From positions 55,417 to 119,416 of the forward strand of contig MCFH01000092.1 of assembly GCA_002104945.1 (NCBI GenBank): a DNA stretch of 64,000 bases. Direction: 5' to 3'. The translations under genes and the position numbers were made by a program. Positions 1-11,105 of the stretch are shown piece by piece; position 1 is the stretch's first letter; every line of letters starts with the position of its first letter. This stretch comes from Piromyces finnis finn (lineage: Eukaryota; Fungi; Neocallimastigomycota). Below the pieces are notes generated by a model that saw nothing but the letters and a program-made list of their open reading frames with translations, had not been told where the DNA came from and did no database searches.

Positions 1-3000
1 CAACAATTAATTCTAATAGTTCTATCAACTCTGATAACAGTTCAATAGTTGATAGTTCTTCAGCTTCACAGCCATCTAGTAATAGTTCTACTTATTCCTC
101 TGATGCATCATCCATTAATAATGATGACTTTAATAATAGTAATAATAGCAACGATTCTTCCTCATCCTCATCCAACAAGCCTGATAACTTTTCTTTTTGT
201 CTTAGTTGGAACACCAATGGGTAGAATCACGAAAAGAGAGATAGTATTAGCTATTTCACAGCTATTTTCAAACCATTATTCTTATGTTTCCAAGAAACTG
301 GTAATGGTTCTGGATCGAATACAGATTATCCTTGTCGTGTTACTTTGCGAAACTATAGACACTTTTTCAAGAAAGCTGACGAATCAGTTCCTGGAATGAG
401 AGGTTTATATTTAGGTTTTCACAATTCGTGTCAAGCCTCACTTGAAAACTTCTCTGGAAAGTATATTATTTCTATTTATACTTTTAGTCTCTGGAATAGA
501 TTCAAATGCTCGATTGGAAATGTTTATATGCCTCATAGTCATCACAACATCTATGTTGATCATGCAAAGTTAGAAGTTCGCTTGTGGTTACAAACTCATT
601 CATCCCATCCATCGATTCTTGTTGGTGATTTTAATATGTCTAAAGTAAAATTATCCAACTGGTTATCAACTAATGGATTAGGAGATTGGGAAATTCTTCC
701 GCTTAGAGGGTCTACTATCTCTTGGACTCGAGGTGATCAATCTTCCGACATTGACCATGCTCTTATCAATTCGAAGATGAAAGATCTTATTCACTCAGGA
801 TCATTTATAAATAATTTTTATCCTGTATCAGACCATAAGCCACTTCTTATTAATGGTAAAATTATTCCTATGGATGATTTTTCTAATGACTTTAATGTTC
901 CTAAGAAAATTCTGAAATGGAATAGATTAAAATGTATTGAGGAAAAGGAATCTATTCTTAGTCATAATAAATTCCAAATTCTTTCAGCAAAATTCAACGA
1001 TCCTAATGTTTCTACAGATGAACTTTCCAAAGAGTTTACTTCAACTGCTTTTTCAATTGCAGACGAGCTCAGTATTACCTCAGCAAATAATGTTATAAAG
1101 TCTTCATTTCATATTTCACAACAAATTTTTAATCTCCAAAAAATCAAAATGAAGTTGTATAAGAGATTTAAAAAAGAAAGAATTTATGATATAGATGAAT
1201 TTATTAAAAGAATTAAAATCTACCGTAAGCTCATTGATTACATCCACAAAAGATGTAATGAATTTAGGAAACAAGAATATCTTCATTGGATTAAAACAGG
1301 ATGTGAGTATATGAAGAGTCATAATCCTAAGAAGGCCTGGAAATGGATCAAGAAAACTGCAAAAATTGGAAAAGATTCTTTCTTTATTGCTCAACCAATT
1401 AAAAATAAAAATGGAGAATTAGTTGTTGCTACGGAAGAACAACTAGAAGTGTGGCATGATCATTTCGAAAACCTTGCATCAGATCCAAGTGGTGTAAGTC
1501 TTGATTTGGAGCATTGGTATGAAGAACCAATGAATAAACGTTTTTCACTTCCTATGCTTGATGAGTGGGATATCAACCAAGATATTAGTATTGATGAAGT
1601 CAAGTCAGCTATCCTCTCTACTCCAAATTATAAAGCATCAGGTCCGGATGGTATTCCAATTGAATTTTACAAAGCATTAATTCCATCAAGTAATGATTCT
1701 AATAATGCTACAGATAATAATTCTTCCGGTAATACCACTTCAGATAATGATGCTCATGGTTTAAATTTTATTCTTAAATTATTCAACCGTATTTGGGATG
1801 GAGACTTCCCCAACTCATGGAATGAATCCAGTATTATTTCTATTCCTAAGAAGGGAGATTTGACAGATTGTGATAACTATCGAGGTATATCACTTATCAA
1901 TAATGGTATTAAGTTGATTTCCAAAATTGTCACCACTAGAATCTCAGAATATGGTCTAAAGAATAATTTCATTAGACCTGAACAATTTGGTTTTCGAAAA
2001 AAGGAAGAAAGTATTAGTCTTTTCATTTCAATCCAAGAAATATGCCGTAGACGTCAATTAGATAATAAAGGGACATATTTGGCCTTTTTAGATCTCAGGA
2101 AAGCATACGATTCAGTCCCAATCGGTAATATTCTCCATAAATTAGATTGTTTAGGAATCCGAGGTAAGAGTTTACAATTCATCAAAAATTTATATTTAAC
2201 ATCTAAGGCTAATGTCAAATTAGATGGACAATTCTCGAAATCTTTTGATGTGAAGAAAGGAGTCCGTCAAGGATGCCCTCTTTCTCCTATTCTCTTTAAT
2301 CTCTTTATTAATGATATATTTAAAGAGTGCGAAGATCTTGGAGTCAGTTTAGGTGACACTCGATGCTGTGGTGGACTTTTTGCAGATGATATAGTTATTT
2401 GTGCTCCAACAAGAGGATGCTTAAAAAAGATGCTAAGAAGAGTTAATGAATGGGCCTTGTATAATGAAATGGAATTTGGTATCCAGAAATGTTCAACGAT
2501 GGTGATTCGTCCTGAATCAATAGAAAATCAGAACAAGAGAGATCCAACATTTTACTTAGCAGGACAACCCATTCCAACTACTGATTGTTATACTTATCTT
2601 GGTGTTCCATTTGATAAGAATCTGTCCCTTAAACCAGTAATTAAAGCTCTTAATAACAAGGTTTTGAAAGGACTTTTTTCAGTCAGTAAATTCTTAAGAA
2701 ATCCTAATATTCCTATTCCTTTCAAAAAGCTAGTACTTAACTCACAAGTGATTAGCAGAGTTTCATACTTTGCACCATTACTTGGATCCAACAAAGCCAG
2801 GTCTAGAATTGCTCAGAAGCATGTTAACAAAGGAATACGATGGGTTGCCGGAGTTCATAAAGCTGTATCGTTTATATCTTTATACTCTATTTCAAAAGAT
2901 TTGAATATTCCTCCATTGTCAGTTAAATGTGCGTTAGCTCAGGTTAGATGTTTTAACAAATGGAAAAACTCAAATTGTATTATCTCACACCTTGTCAATT

Positions 3001-4190
3001 ACATTCCTAAATTTAGAAAATACACGTGGTGCAAATCAAGTAGGACACTTGATAAAAAATTAAAGAAACATGGAGATGTTAAAGCAGTTAAAAACTTTTA
3101 TTGGAAAGATCTCAAAGGGAATTCAATCAAAGCGCAATATTATGATGATAATAAATTTATTGAAACCAAAGATTTTATCAAATTATGTTATGAGTACCCA
3201 GAGTTTGCCTATGGCTTCTACTGGCTCTTGAAAGCAAGAAGCGGATACAAGTTGGATGCTAGAGTTGCCAAAGCTGCTAAATTTGTTGATCCAGTTTGTC
3301 CTAACTACTGTCCATGTTGCAAGTGTGGTGTTCAAAGTATTAAACATTGGTTATTAGATTGTCCAACATTTAGAGATATCCGTATTAAACATTATGATTC
3401 CATAGTCCAGCTACTAAATTTTTTCAGTCAACGTAATTCCAATAGTCCTATCAATAATAATGAAAATGTTAATATCAGTAGAGATAGCAATAACATTAAT
3501 AGTAATAGTAACAATAGTAGTAATAACAATAGTAATAGTAACAATAGTAATAATAACAATAGTAGTAATAGAAATAATAATATTAGTAATGATAACAATA
3601 GTGAAGATAATAATTCTAATTTAGATAGTAATTTAGTTAATGATAGTAATAGTTCTAATAATCCGGTGAATATTAATGTGTATGATTATTCTAGTGTGTG
3701 CAGTAAAATATTTAAATTCCTTCTTGGGAGAAGAAGTTTTAACAATATTAATTACAATTCAAGGGAATGGAAAGAACTTTGTAAGCGTCAGATTCAATCT
3801 GGTACTAATGAAGGAACACCATTCTTGACGGTAACCGCGGAACTTCTAACCAAAATCATGCCTTTTGCTATTGGCCAGCAATGGTCAATGTTCAAAAGGT
3901 TTGAAGCAACATCCAAGAGCGTCAATGCTGAAGAAACAGTAAGACAGGCCAGGAGGGCCAGCACAACCATTGGAGATCATAATTTTGTTCCATGACAAAA
4001 TTTTGATCTTTGTCTCGATGTCCCATTGGAAGTCAAATACAATTATTATACTTTAGTATGATAGTGGCTTTCTTACTTTAATTAAAATTACTAGAATATA
4101 TTATACCCAATTTTTATTCATTTGTGTTTATTTAAACATATTTTTTTTTTTATTTTTATTTTTATTTTTAATTTTTTATTACATGTATTA
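1..4190 (+). mobile_element. Non-LTR retrotransposon (LINE), copy 1; 5' end lies outside the window
   Basis: Frame 3 encodes APE endonuclease motifs (SWNTNG at 204-221, LCFQET at ~282-299, LVGDFN, SDIDHAL, SDHKPL), RT motifs (KASGPDGIP, YRGISL, QFGFR, FLDLRKAYDSV, GVRQGCPLSP, FADD, YLG) and a C-x2-C-x8-H-x4-C knuckle. The 3'UTR from 3996 runs into (TTTTTA)n; an A25 tract lies at 4238-4262. The 3' boundary is approximate. Confidence 0.95.
345..3995 (+). CDS. LINE ORF2-type polyprotein (endonuclease-reverse transcriptase-CCHC)
   Basis: 1216-aa ORF in the track, starting at a TTG. The same frame extends to base 3 with a single TAG at 222-224, so 345 is not the true start. The first in-frame ATG after the stop is at 396. 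Confidence 0.9.
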   Translation: MRNYRHFFKKADESVPGMRGLYLGFHNSCQASLENFSGKYIISIYTFSLWNRFKCSIGNVYMPHSHHNIYVDHAKLEVRLWLQTHSSHPSILVGDFNMSKVKLSNWLSTNGLGDWEILPLRGSTISWTRGDQSSDIDHALINSKMKDLIHSGSFINNFYPVSDHKPLLINGKIIPMDDFSNDFNVPKKILKWNRLKCIEEKESILSHNKFQILSAKFNDPNVSTDELSKEFTSTAFSIADELSITSANNVIKSSFHISQQIFNLQKIKMKLYKRFKKERIYDIDEFIKRIKIYRKLIDYIHKRCNEFRKQEYLHWIKTGCEYMKSHNPKKAWKWIKKTAKIGKDSFFIAQPIKNKNGELVVATEEQLEVWHDHFENLASDPSGVSLDLEHWYEEPMNKRFSLPMLDEWDINQDISIDEVKSAILSTPNYKASGPDGIPIEFYKALIPSSNDSNNATDNNSSGNTTSDNDAHGLNFILKLFNRIWDGDFPNSWNESSIISIPKKGDLTDCDNYRGISLINNGIKLISKIVTTRISEYGLKNNFIRPEQFGFRKKEESISLFISIQEICRRRQLDNKGTYLAFLDLRKAYDSVPIGNILHKLDCLGIRGKSLQFIKNLYLTSKANVKLDGQFSKSFDVKKGVRQGCPLSPILFNLFINDIFKECEDLGVSLGDTRCCGGLFADDIVICAPTRGCLKKMLRRVNEWALYNEMEFGIQKCSTMVIRPESIENQNKRDPTFYLAGQPIPTTDCYTYLGVPFDKNLSLKPVIKALNNKVLKGLFSVSKFLRNPNIPIPFKKLVLNSQVISRVSYFAPLLGSNKARSRIAQKHVNKGIRWVAGVHKAVSFISLYSISKDLNIPPLSVKCALAQVRCFNKWKNSNCIISHLVNYIPKFRKYTWCKSSRTLDKKLKKHGDVKAVKNFYWKDLKGNSIKAQYYDDNKFIETKDFIKLCYEYPEFAYGFYWLLKARSGYKLDARVAKAAKFVDPVCPNYCPCCKCGVQSIKHWLLDCPTFRDIRIKHYDSIVQLLNFFSQRNSNSPINNNENVNISRDSNNINSNSNNSSNNNSNSNNSNNNNSSNRNNNISNDNNSEDNNSNLDSNLVNDSNSSNNPVNINVYDYSSVCSKIFKFLLGRRSFNNINYNSREWKELCKRQIQSGTNEGTPFLTVTAELLTKIMPFAIGQQWSMFKRFEATSKSVNAEETVRQARRASTTIGDHNFVP

Positions 4191-4264
4191 TAATTTTAAT
4201 TAAATTAATAATAAAGTTTAAAATATTTGATGCCGTTAAAAAAAAAAAAAAAAAAAAAAAAATT

Positions 4265-4319
4265 CATTGGAAATCAAAAAAATTATTATAGTGGTATTTT
4301 TAATTTAATTAAAATTACT
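4265..4319 (+). mobile_element. Degenerate fragment of the LINE 3'UTR
   Basis: cattggaaatcaaaaaaattattata-gtggtatttttaatttaattaaaattact aligns with 4024-4092, lacking the 13 bp ctttagtatgata. Confidence 0.7.
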
Positions 4320-4333
4320 CTATGCATTTTTTT

Positions 4334-6035
4334 TAAGAAGGGAGATTTGAGATTTGGGCTCCATCAAGAAGATGCTAAAAAAGATACTAAAAAGAGTTAA
4401 TGAATGGGCTTTGTACAATGAAATGGAATTTGGTATTCAGTAATGTTCAACGATGGTGATTAGTCCTGAATCAGTAGAAAATCAGAACAAGAAAGATCCA
4501 ATATTTTACTTAGCAGGAAAAACAATTCCAGCTGCTGATTGCTACATTTATCTTGGTGTTCCATTTGATAAAAATTTGTCCCTTAAACCAGTAATTAAAG
4601 TTCTTAATAACAAGGTTTTGAAAGGACTTTTTTAGTCAGTAAATTCTTAAGAAATCCTAATATTCCTATTCCCTTCAAAAAGCTAGTACTTAACTCACAA
4701 GTAATCAGCAGAGTTTCATACTTTGCACCATTACTTGGATCCAACAAAGCTAGGTCTAGGATTGCTCAGAAGCATGTTAACAAAGGAATACAATGGGTTG
4801 CCGGAGTTCATAAAGCTGTATCGTTTATATCTTTATACTTTATCTCAAAAGGTTTGAATATTCCTCTATTGTCAGTTAAATGTGCGTTAGCTCAGGTTAG
4901 ATGTTTTAACAAATGGAAAAACTCAAATTGTATTATCTCACACCTTGTCAATTACACTCCTAAATTTAGAAAATATACATGGAGATGCTAAAGCAGTTAA
5001 AAACTTTTATTAGAAAGATCTCAAAGGAAATCCAATCAAAGCCCAATATTATGATGATAATAAATTTATTGAAACCAAAGATTTTATCAAATTAAGTTAT
5101 GAGTACTCAGAGTTTGCCTATGATTTCTATTGGCTATTAAAAGCAAGAAGCTGATACAAGTTGGATGTTAGAGTTGTAAAAGCTGCTAAATTTGTTAATC
5201 TAGTTTGTCTTAACCACTATCCATGTTGCAAGTGTGGAGATCAAAGTATTAAACACTGGTTATTAGATTATCCAATTTTTAGAGGTATCCGTATTAAACA
5301 TTACAATTTCATAGTCCAATTATTAAATTTTTCCAGTCAGCGTAATTCCAACAGTCCTATCAATAATAATGAAAATGTTAATATCAGTAAAGATAGCAAT
5401 AATATTAATAGTAATGGTAACAATAGTAATAATAATAATTTTAATAATAGTAGTAATATTAGTAATGATAGCACTAGTGGAGACAATAACTCTAATTTAG
5501 ATAGTAATTTAGTTAATAATAGCAATAATTCTAATAATTCGGTGAATATTAATGTGTATGATTATTCTAGTGTGTGTAATAAAATATTTAGATTTCTTCT
5601 TGGGGGAAGAAGTATTGACAATATCAATTACAATTCAAGGGAATGGAAAAAAACTTTGCAAGTGTCAGATTCAATCGGGCACTTACGAAGGAACACCATT
5701 TTTGACGGTAACAACGGAACTTCTAACCAAAACCATGTCTTTTGTTATTGGCCAACAATAGTCGATGTTCAAAAGGTTTGAAGCAACATCCAAGAGCGTT
5801 AATGCTGAAGAAACAGTAAGACAACGCAGCCAATAGAGATCATAATTTTATTTCATGACAAAATTTTGATCTTTGGCTCGGTGTCCCATTGGAAGTCAAA
5901 TACAATTATTATACTTTAGTATAATAGTGGCTTTCTTACTTTAAAACTACTAGAATACATTATACCCAATTTTTATTCATTTGTGTTTATTTTAATATAT
6001 TTTTTAATTTTTAATTTTACTTTTAATTTTATTTT
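4334..6035 (+). pseudogene. LINE copy 2: 5'-truncated, internally deleted, with stop codons
   Basis: Collinear with copy 1 from ~2397 to ~4140, roughly 90-93% identical by eye. Contains premature stops (e.g. TAA at 4441, TAG near 5010) and small deletions. Track ORFs 4453..4635, 5161..5781 and 5552..5761 are fragments of it. It begins with 17 bp matching 1847-1863. Confidence 0.92.
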
Positions 6036-7281
6036 TTTATAACGTTAACTATGAAATAACTTTTTTTTTTAATTAATTGGAGCAGCCTCCGATTTTTCAT
6101 AAAACATCTTTATTATACATTACACATTATTTAATTTATGCATTATATAAATTAATTATGAAAATATATTTAAACAATAATCTTTTTTAGTAATTATTTT
6201 ATATGAAAGTGTAAAGTATTGAAATTATTAAGTATTGAAATCATATATATTATTTTTTTATTAAATATTTTTTTTTTTTTTTTTGAATTTATATAATAAA
6301 TTCATTTACTTAATAGTACGATAGGAATTTTTAAATTATATTTTTTACAAGATTTAAATAATAATAAATTTATCCATATTCATAAATGTATTTCATAATA
6401 TTTTTATAAAAATGGTGTATCAATAATATTTTTTATAGTTAAATAGTTTCATTTTTGTATGATACATTTAATCTTTATTTTTAATTTCTATTGGTTTTAA
6501 AATTTTTGATTAATATAGCAACTTTCCATATTTGTTAATTTTCTAATAAAATTTTCCTTAATTTATTATTATTACTTATTTTTTTAATATATAATACAAA
6601 TCTTTTACATTATATTTTACATAATATAGATTTTAACTTTTTGATACTTTTTAGCATAAAATATGGATAACCTTCTGATAATATTGATATTATTACGTTG
6701 TGCAATTTCATTAATTTATATTAAATTAAATAATCTACAATTTTATTAATAAATAAAATTACAAATTGAATTAATGTATCAAGATGTTTTCCTTTTTATT
6801 ATAAAAAACATCTTTTCGTCTTTTTTTATATTTTAAATAAAAATAAAAAAATATACATTGTCTTTTTCTATTTCAAGTAATAATATATATATATAAATTT
6901 AAGAGTGACACTTTAGAAAAAAAATTTTTAACAATTATAAATTAATAATGGTAAAGTTCAATTATTAATTATAATACTATATAATTAATTATATAAATAT
7001 TTTTTTCTTTTTTCTATAGTATTTGATAAAAAGCTTTGATTTTCTATTTCATTAATTGTTTTTAAATATATAAAATTATAAATAATAGACATATAATTAG
7101 CAATAATAATAATAATAATAATAAAAACAAAAGAATAAAGAATAAAGAATAATATTAAATAAAATTACTATTCATATTTAAAGTATTAAGTAAAACATTT
7201 CACTTTTTTTTTTTTTTTTTAAATTAAATTTTTTATTTTTTTTTTTTTTATATATATATTTATTTTAATATATTATATAAA

Positions 7282-10191
7282 ATGACAATTACAATAATTA
7301 ATGAATTAAAAAATGATATCATTCAACAAATTAAAAACAGAAATTTAGTCGACTTAAAGAAATTTATATTAAATTATAATGTTAATTTAAAAGAGCTTGA
7401 AAAATATGGAAAAGAAGATTTATTATATATTTCCATAAAAAATGACAATCCGAAAGAAGTTATCGATTATATTATTAATGAATGTAAATATAAAAATGTA
7501 AATTATACAATCAATTCAAATTCTTCGACGCCTTTAGGTTTAGCAATATCAAGGAGTAATTTCGAAGTTGCTGATTTATTATACGAAAGATTTGATGCTG
7601 ATATAAATTATGGCAAAGGTATGAATCGTTGCTTCCCATTCATTTATAAAAACAATACTTTTCAGCCAAAGCAATTAAACTATTTATTAATAAAAGGTTA
7701 TAATTTTAATGATATTTCAGAAAATATTATTAAATCAATGGTGCTATATTTTCAAAATGATTTATTAGAAAAAATATGGAGTAGTATTGTTTATAATAAT
7801 GCTTTTATCCTTAAATTATTACAACAAAGAAAAGAACAAAAATCATATTCTTCATTTGAATGGAATCAATTATTGAAAGAAGAAAAACAAAAAATAAATA
7901 TATCTGATGAAATATATGAAACTACTTTTAATATTCAAAACTGGGATGCGTTAAAATTATTTTTAGACTATGAAGGAAGAGAGCAAAAAATAACAATTTT
8001 TGATATGATAGAAGAATATGAAGTTATTGAGAAAGTAATTGATAATGAAGATGTAAAGACATTAAGAGCTATTTCTAATTTTGGATATTCCCTTAATTAT
8101 AAATGCTTTAATTTCGAAGATTTAATAATAAAATCAATAAGTAAAAAAAATAGGGATATATGGAAAATCCTTATTAAATCCTCAATTCTTTCATTTCAAG
8201 AAAAAGAAAAAAAAATCCTAGAAAGCCACGACACCAATTTTAAAAAAAATACAATTGAAAAAAAGCATCATACTAGCCTACCCAATTCAAATTTAACTAA
8301 AAAAAGTATAATAGTAAATAATAAATCTTTAGGTTACAATGATTCCGAAGAAAATGATATAACGAATAACATTGTACTAAAAAATGAAGATGGCATTAAC
8401 TATAATGTGAAAAGTCTTTCATTTAATTATAACCTTAGATATTATAACAGAATCAGTTATATTGGAGATAATATCATAACAAATGATAATATAAATAAAG
8501 AATTCATCACAAAAACAAGTTCATTTAAAAATTTAGTTTGTAATAATTCATTGGTCAAAGAACCAAGTCTATATAATATAAATAAAGAAGATTCTAATAA
8601 AAATTACCTAAAAGTAAGTAATAGCGATGTAATATCAAGTTCATCATTAGAACTTAATAATAGTTTGGTCATAAGATCAAATTCATCATCTATTCATGAT
8701 CAAACGAAAATTAATAGTACTATTACAACCCCGCAATCGAAATTATATAGAGATAAACATTACTATTTATATTTAATCCAAGAAATATTAAAAGAAGGTC
8801 GCTATAATTCCAGTTTTTTATTAAATATAGCACTTAAACTACATTATGAACCAATGATTAAATATCTTATTGAAGGAGACGGTGACTTTACACCTTACAT
8901 TAATATAAATGATAAAGATATTAATGGAAGTTATCCTTTAATTACTTTCATTCGTAGTGACCGTTGCAGTCATCTTAATATTTTATTATATTTATTAGAA
9001 AAAGGGGCGGATCCAAATGTCAAAGATAACAATGGCTATTCTCCATTCATGCTCTCTATTCAAAAAGAATTAGAAATGGGAGAGAATATTTCAAATAGCT
9101 ATGTGAAAGTATTAATTGAGAATGGAGCTAATATAAATGAAAAGGATGCCAATGGAAATAGTCTTCTTTCATTAGCAATTAAAAAAAATAGTATTCATAT
9201 GGTAGATTATTTATTACGCTATGGCTGTTCTATGAACGAAAAGGATGTTAGTGGTAATTATCCATTGATGATTTCAATTTCCCAAAATCAATATGAAATC
9301 GTAAAACTCTTAATACGTTATGGTAAAAAATACCATCAACTTGATAATTTTCACATTCTGGATGTTAATGGCAATACACCATTAACTCTTGCTTATAAAC
9401 TTCAATACACCTCTATTTTTAAATATCTACTTAAATATTTAGATATTAATGACACTGATGCTCAAGGAAAAAGTCTTCTTTTTTATGCTTTAGAAAGAAA
9501 TGATGTAAAGGTTGTTAAATATTTAATTCAAGTTGGTGCTGCCATTGATTTAGAAGATTCATATGGCAATTCTCCTTTAATATATGCCATTAAACAAGGC
9601 TCCCTATTTCTTGTTCAAAAATTAGTAGAACATGGCGCCAACATAAATGTTAAAGATCGTTCCGGAACGCCATCTTTAATTATTGCTTATGACTATCAAA
9701 AAATGGACATTTTTAAATACTTGGTTGAACATAATGTTACAATTAATGAATCATTCACTGAAAATGAAATCAATAGTATATTCTTTAGAATTATTATTGA
9801 TAAGCAAATTAATCTCCTTAACTATATTATGAAATATGGTGCTAATATTAATTGTTTCATTGGGTCCTTAAAAAGTACGCCATTAATGTATGCCTGTCTT
9901 TTCAATGATACATCAATGGTAAAATGTTTAGTACAAAATAATGCCAACATTAATATATCTAATATTCAAGGTAATACAGCATTAGCCTATGCCATTAGTA
10001 AACATAATATTGAATTAGTTGACTACTTAATTGACCATGACGCTGATATATATCATAAAAATAATGAAAAAAAATCAATGCTTGATATTGCCTATGAAAA
10101 TTGTAAACATGATCTTATGCAAGGTCAAATTATAAATTTAAATGACAAAACAAGAATTTATCAAAAGATTAAGCATCTCTATCACCGATAA
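7282..10191 (+). CDS. Ankyrin-repeat protein, 969 aa, intronless
   Basis: N-terminal ankyrin-like repeats (STPLGLAI...ADINY), an Asn/Ser-rich linker, and a long C-terminal run of G-x-(T/S)PLxxA...LxxxGA(D/N)(I/P)N repeats. Confidence 0.92.
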   Translation: MTITIINELKNDIIQQIKNRNLVDLKKFILNYNVNLKELEKYGKEDLLYISIKNDNPKEVIDYIINECKYKNVNYTINSNSSTPLGLAISRSNFEVADLLYERFDADINYGKGMNRCFPFIYKNNTFQPKQLNYLLIKGYNFNDISENIIKSMVLYFQNDLLEKIWSSIVYNNAFILKLLQQRKEQKSYSSFEWNQLLKEEKQKINISDEIYETTFNIQNWDALKLFLDYEGREQKITIFDMIEEYEVIEKVIDNEDVKTLRAISNFGYSLNYKCFNFEDLIIKSISKKNRDIWKILIKSSILSFQEKEKKILESHDTNFKKNTIEKKHHTSLPNSNLTKKSIIVNNKSLGYNDSEENDITNNIVLKNEDGINYNVKSLSFNYNLRYYNRISYIGDNIITNDNINKEFITKTSSFKNLVCNNSLVKEPSLYNINKEDSNKNYLKVSNSDVISSSSLELNNSLVIRSNSSSIHDQTKINSTITTPQSKLYRDKHYYLYLIQEILKEGRYNSSFLLNIALKLHYEPMIKYLIEGDGDFTPYININDKDINGSYPLITFIRSDRCSHLNILLYLLEKGADPNVKDNNGYSPFMLSIQKELEMGENISNSYVKVLIENGANINEKDANGNSLLSLAIKKNSIHMVDYLLRYGCSMNEKDVSGNYPLMISISQNQYEIVKLLIRYGKKYHQLDNFHILDVNGNTPLTLAYKLQYTSIFKYLLKYLDINDTDAQGKSLLFYALERNDVKVVKYLIQVGAAIDLEDSYGNSPLIYAIKQGSLFLVQKLVEHGANINVKDRSGTPSLIIAYDYQKMDIFKYLVEHNVTINESFTENEINSIFFRIIIDKQINLLNYIMKYGANINCFIGSLKSTPLMYACLFNDTSMVKCLVQNNANINISNIQGNTALAYAISKHNIELVDYLIDHDADIYHKNNEKKSMLDIAYENCKHDLMQGQIINLNDKTRIYQKIKHLYHR

Positions 10192-10500
10192 ATAATACAA
10201 GAGTATTAAAAAAAAAAAAAGAAAGAAAATTATATTTTTATAGTGTACAACGCGTTTTATAATTTTTATTTATTTTATTATTCAAAATACGATTTACACG
10301 TTTATATTAAATCATTAAATATTATATCTATTTATTTTAAACGTTTTTTCTATATATATATATTGGTTTTAAATTATTCATTTTTTTTTTTTTTTTTTTT
10401 TATTTTTTTTTTTTATCTGACTTCATTATACCCTAAATTATATATATAAATTTACAATTATTAAAATGCATCAATAAAATCAATAAATAAATGAATGGGA

Positions 10501-10545
<45 letters not shown>

Positions 10546-10553
10546 AAATATGT

Positions 10554-11105
10554 AACTTGAATGTTGTGTTTTGATTCGATAGAATTTTTTTTAAATGTCA
10601 TTTTCTAATTTAGCTTGAATAGCATTGATATTAGCTGAAAGAATGAAGGATCTTGAAAATTTTCCATAATTACATTCAATTTTTGAATACTTTTTATCGT
10701 TTTCAATTTTAGTTTCATTTTCATTTTTATTTATGCCTTCTTTTTCATTTTTAGATTCATTTTTAAATTCTTTTTTAGTTCCATTTCTATTAATAGCTAA
10801 ATGGTCAATGATAGTTTCTCTTTTACCAGAAATAGTTAATATATGAATAGGATCATCATTTGAAAGTTCTATTTTAATTTGATCTTTTTTTAAACTAGGT
10901 AAATCTGTTTGAAAATAATAATTATTTTCATCTTCACCTAAGATTAATCTTTGGACTGAAAAAACCACATTTATATTTTTCTTTTTCAAATTTTTTACAA
11001 ATGTTATGATTTAAAGATTCAGTGGTGACAGTGACAGCAAGATGATTAAAGTAATTAAGACATAAAGAATCAAAAAAGAGAGTAAAGGATAATTGAATAA
11101 TTCAT
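10554..11105 (-). pseudogene. HSP20/alpha-crystallin small heat-shock protein pseudogene (left copy)
   Basis: Contains EDENNYYFQTDLPSLKKDQIKIELS...LTISGKRE...IECNYGKFSRSF. It is frameshifted after FSPKINL, stops early at NDI*, and carries a ~20 bp deletion in the C-terminal coding region. Confidence 0.85.

Noticed and set aside
49-399. 116-aa ORF as a separate LINE ORF1
   Set aside because: It is an alternative frame over the Ser/Asn-rich and endonuclease-coding frame, has no recognisable motif and starts at a TTG.
1116-5525. Minus-strand ORFs at 1116..1394, 2594..2794 and 5337..5525
   Set aside because: Antisense shadows of LINE coding sequence.
222-5800. RIP-like mutation of the LINE copies, suggested by TGG-to-TAG changes
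   Set aside because: Differences sampled between the copies include both transition directions and several transversions, not a CpA-to-TpA-dominated pattern.
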